Source: Vulcanisaeta distributa DSM 14429 (GTDB lineage Archaea; Thermoproteota; Thermoprotei; Thermoproteales; Thermocladiaceae). Taken from it: a stretch of 32,000 nucleotides of DNA. A program made the position numbers and the translations under genes. Under the pieces are notes generated by a model, which searched no databases, was not told the origin of the DNA, and was given only the letters and a program-made list of their open reading frames with translations. The stretch is from NCBI RefSeq assembly GCF_000148385.1, contig NC_014537.1:810001-842000 (forward strand). Reading direction: 5' to 3'. Below, piece after piece: positions 31,462-32,000 of the stretch; position 1 is the first letter of the stretch; each line of letters starts with the position of its first letter.

Positions 31462-32000
31462 CAGTTATTCAATATGTCGCATATGTTACCGAGCTTAACC
31501 ATCGGGTATACGAGCCCAAGCATTGTGTAAAACACCAGGGCCTTAACCCACATTTCAATGCCTTTGCGTGGCCCATACCTAAATACCTGGTATACCAATG
31601 GCAAAAGCTCAATTGTTGATAATGGTGGTAGTAGGAAGAGTGAGACTATTGTGATTGAGTGCAGGGCTATGAATGCTCCACCCAAGCCCTTTTGCCTTGT
31701 TGACCCAGTATATGCGTATATCGCGGCCTTCTTGCGAATACCTCTCACATATTGCCTAAGTGATGTTGTTATGGGGACCTCGCTCCTAAACCTCTTATTA
31801 ATGTCATAAACGATTTCGTTCTCTATTAAGTATGACCAATAGCCGTGGCACATAGCTCTTAATCCAAAATCCCTATCCTCAGCTTGCGTTAATCGATTAT
31901 CGAATAACCCCACTTTCTTAAAGACCTCCTTCTTGAATAAATTCACGCCAAATACGGTGTATGGGACCTCCCTCATGATGGGTTCCCTAGGCCTTAGGTC
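31458..32000 (-). CDS. Family 2 glycosyltransferase with C-terminal TM segments; N-terminus lies beyond the window end
   Basis: The frame stays open upstream of Met 31976 to position 32000 (DLRPREPIMREVPY...). FGVNLFKKEVFKKVGLFDNRLTQAEDRDFGLRAMCHGYW is the typical GT2 ED motif region. Hydrophobic helices follow. The gene overlaps the downstream gene by 4 nt. Confidence 0.65.
   Translation of the reverse strand, partial: DLRPREPIMREVPYTVFGVNLFKKEVFKKVGLFDNRLTQAEDRDFGLRAMCHGYWSYLIENEIVYDINKRFRSEVPITTSLRQYVRGIRKKAAIYAYTGSTRQKGLGGAFIALHSITIVSLFLLPPLSTIELLPLVYQVFRYGPRKGIEMWVKALVFYTMLGLVYPMVKLGNICDILNNW

Noticed and set aside
1-32000. A search by eye for tRNA, rRNA, C/D-box sRNA, CRISPR repeats, and transposase or integrase genes.
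   Set aside because: I saw no cloverleaf-type GC-rich 70-90-nt segments, no RUGAUGA...CUGA box pairs in intergenic spacers, no spaced direct repeats, and no DDE or tyrosine-recombinase motifs. Manual scanning is insensitive for small RNAs, so this is absence of evidence only.

Overview
The window looks like a chromosomal segment of a hyperthermophilic crenarchaeon. It appears Thermoproteales-like, based on PaREP1-family genes, Arch-ATPase paralogs and TATA boxes about 25 nt before start codons; the taxon call is inference only. 1-6.4 kb holds housekeeping genes: an HDAC-family deacetylase (5' partial), RpoP, NMN adenylyltransferase, a double-hotdog acyl-CoA thioesterase, Rrp4, SBDS, an ABC-2 exporter pair and ribosomal protein S4. 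6.4-10.6 kb holds accessory genes: a membrane-anchored coiled-coil protein encoded partly by 6 x 21-bp tandem repeats, a split HEPN+MNT pair, a retropepsin-like protease, an archaeal ATPase and a decayed RelE toxin gene. 10.6-19.5 kb holds an exported ~383-aa protein and a ~2,515-aa surface glycoprotein candidate with a signal peptide, about 60 N-glycosylation sequons and a C-terminal TM anchor. 19.6-27 kb is an accessory, defence-island-like block. It contains a coiled-coil/PD-(D/E)XK protein translationally coupled to a fused HepT(HEPN)-MntA(NTase) protein, a second ATPase, an orphan two-gene operon, a zinc-ribbon protein and two PaREP1-like genes. Three copies of a perfect 16-bp palindrome with conserved flanks divide this block into cassettes. 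27.1-32 kb is a visibly AT-richer glycosyltransferase island with one multiply disrupted GT2 pseudogene and two tandem paralogous GT-B genes. By eye I found no rRNA, tRNA, CRISPR array, transposase or integrase. All homology statements rest on motif recognition, not on searches.
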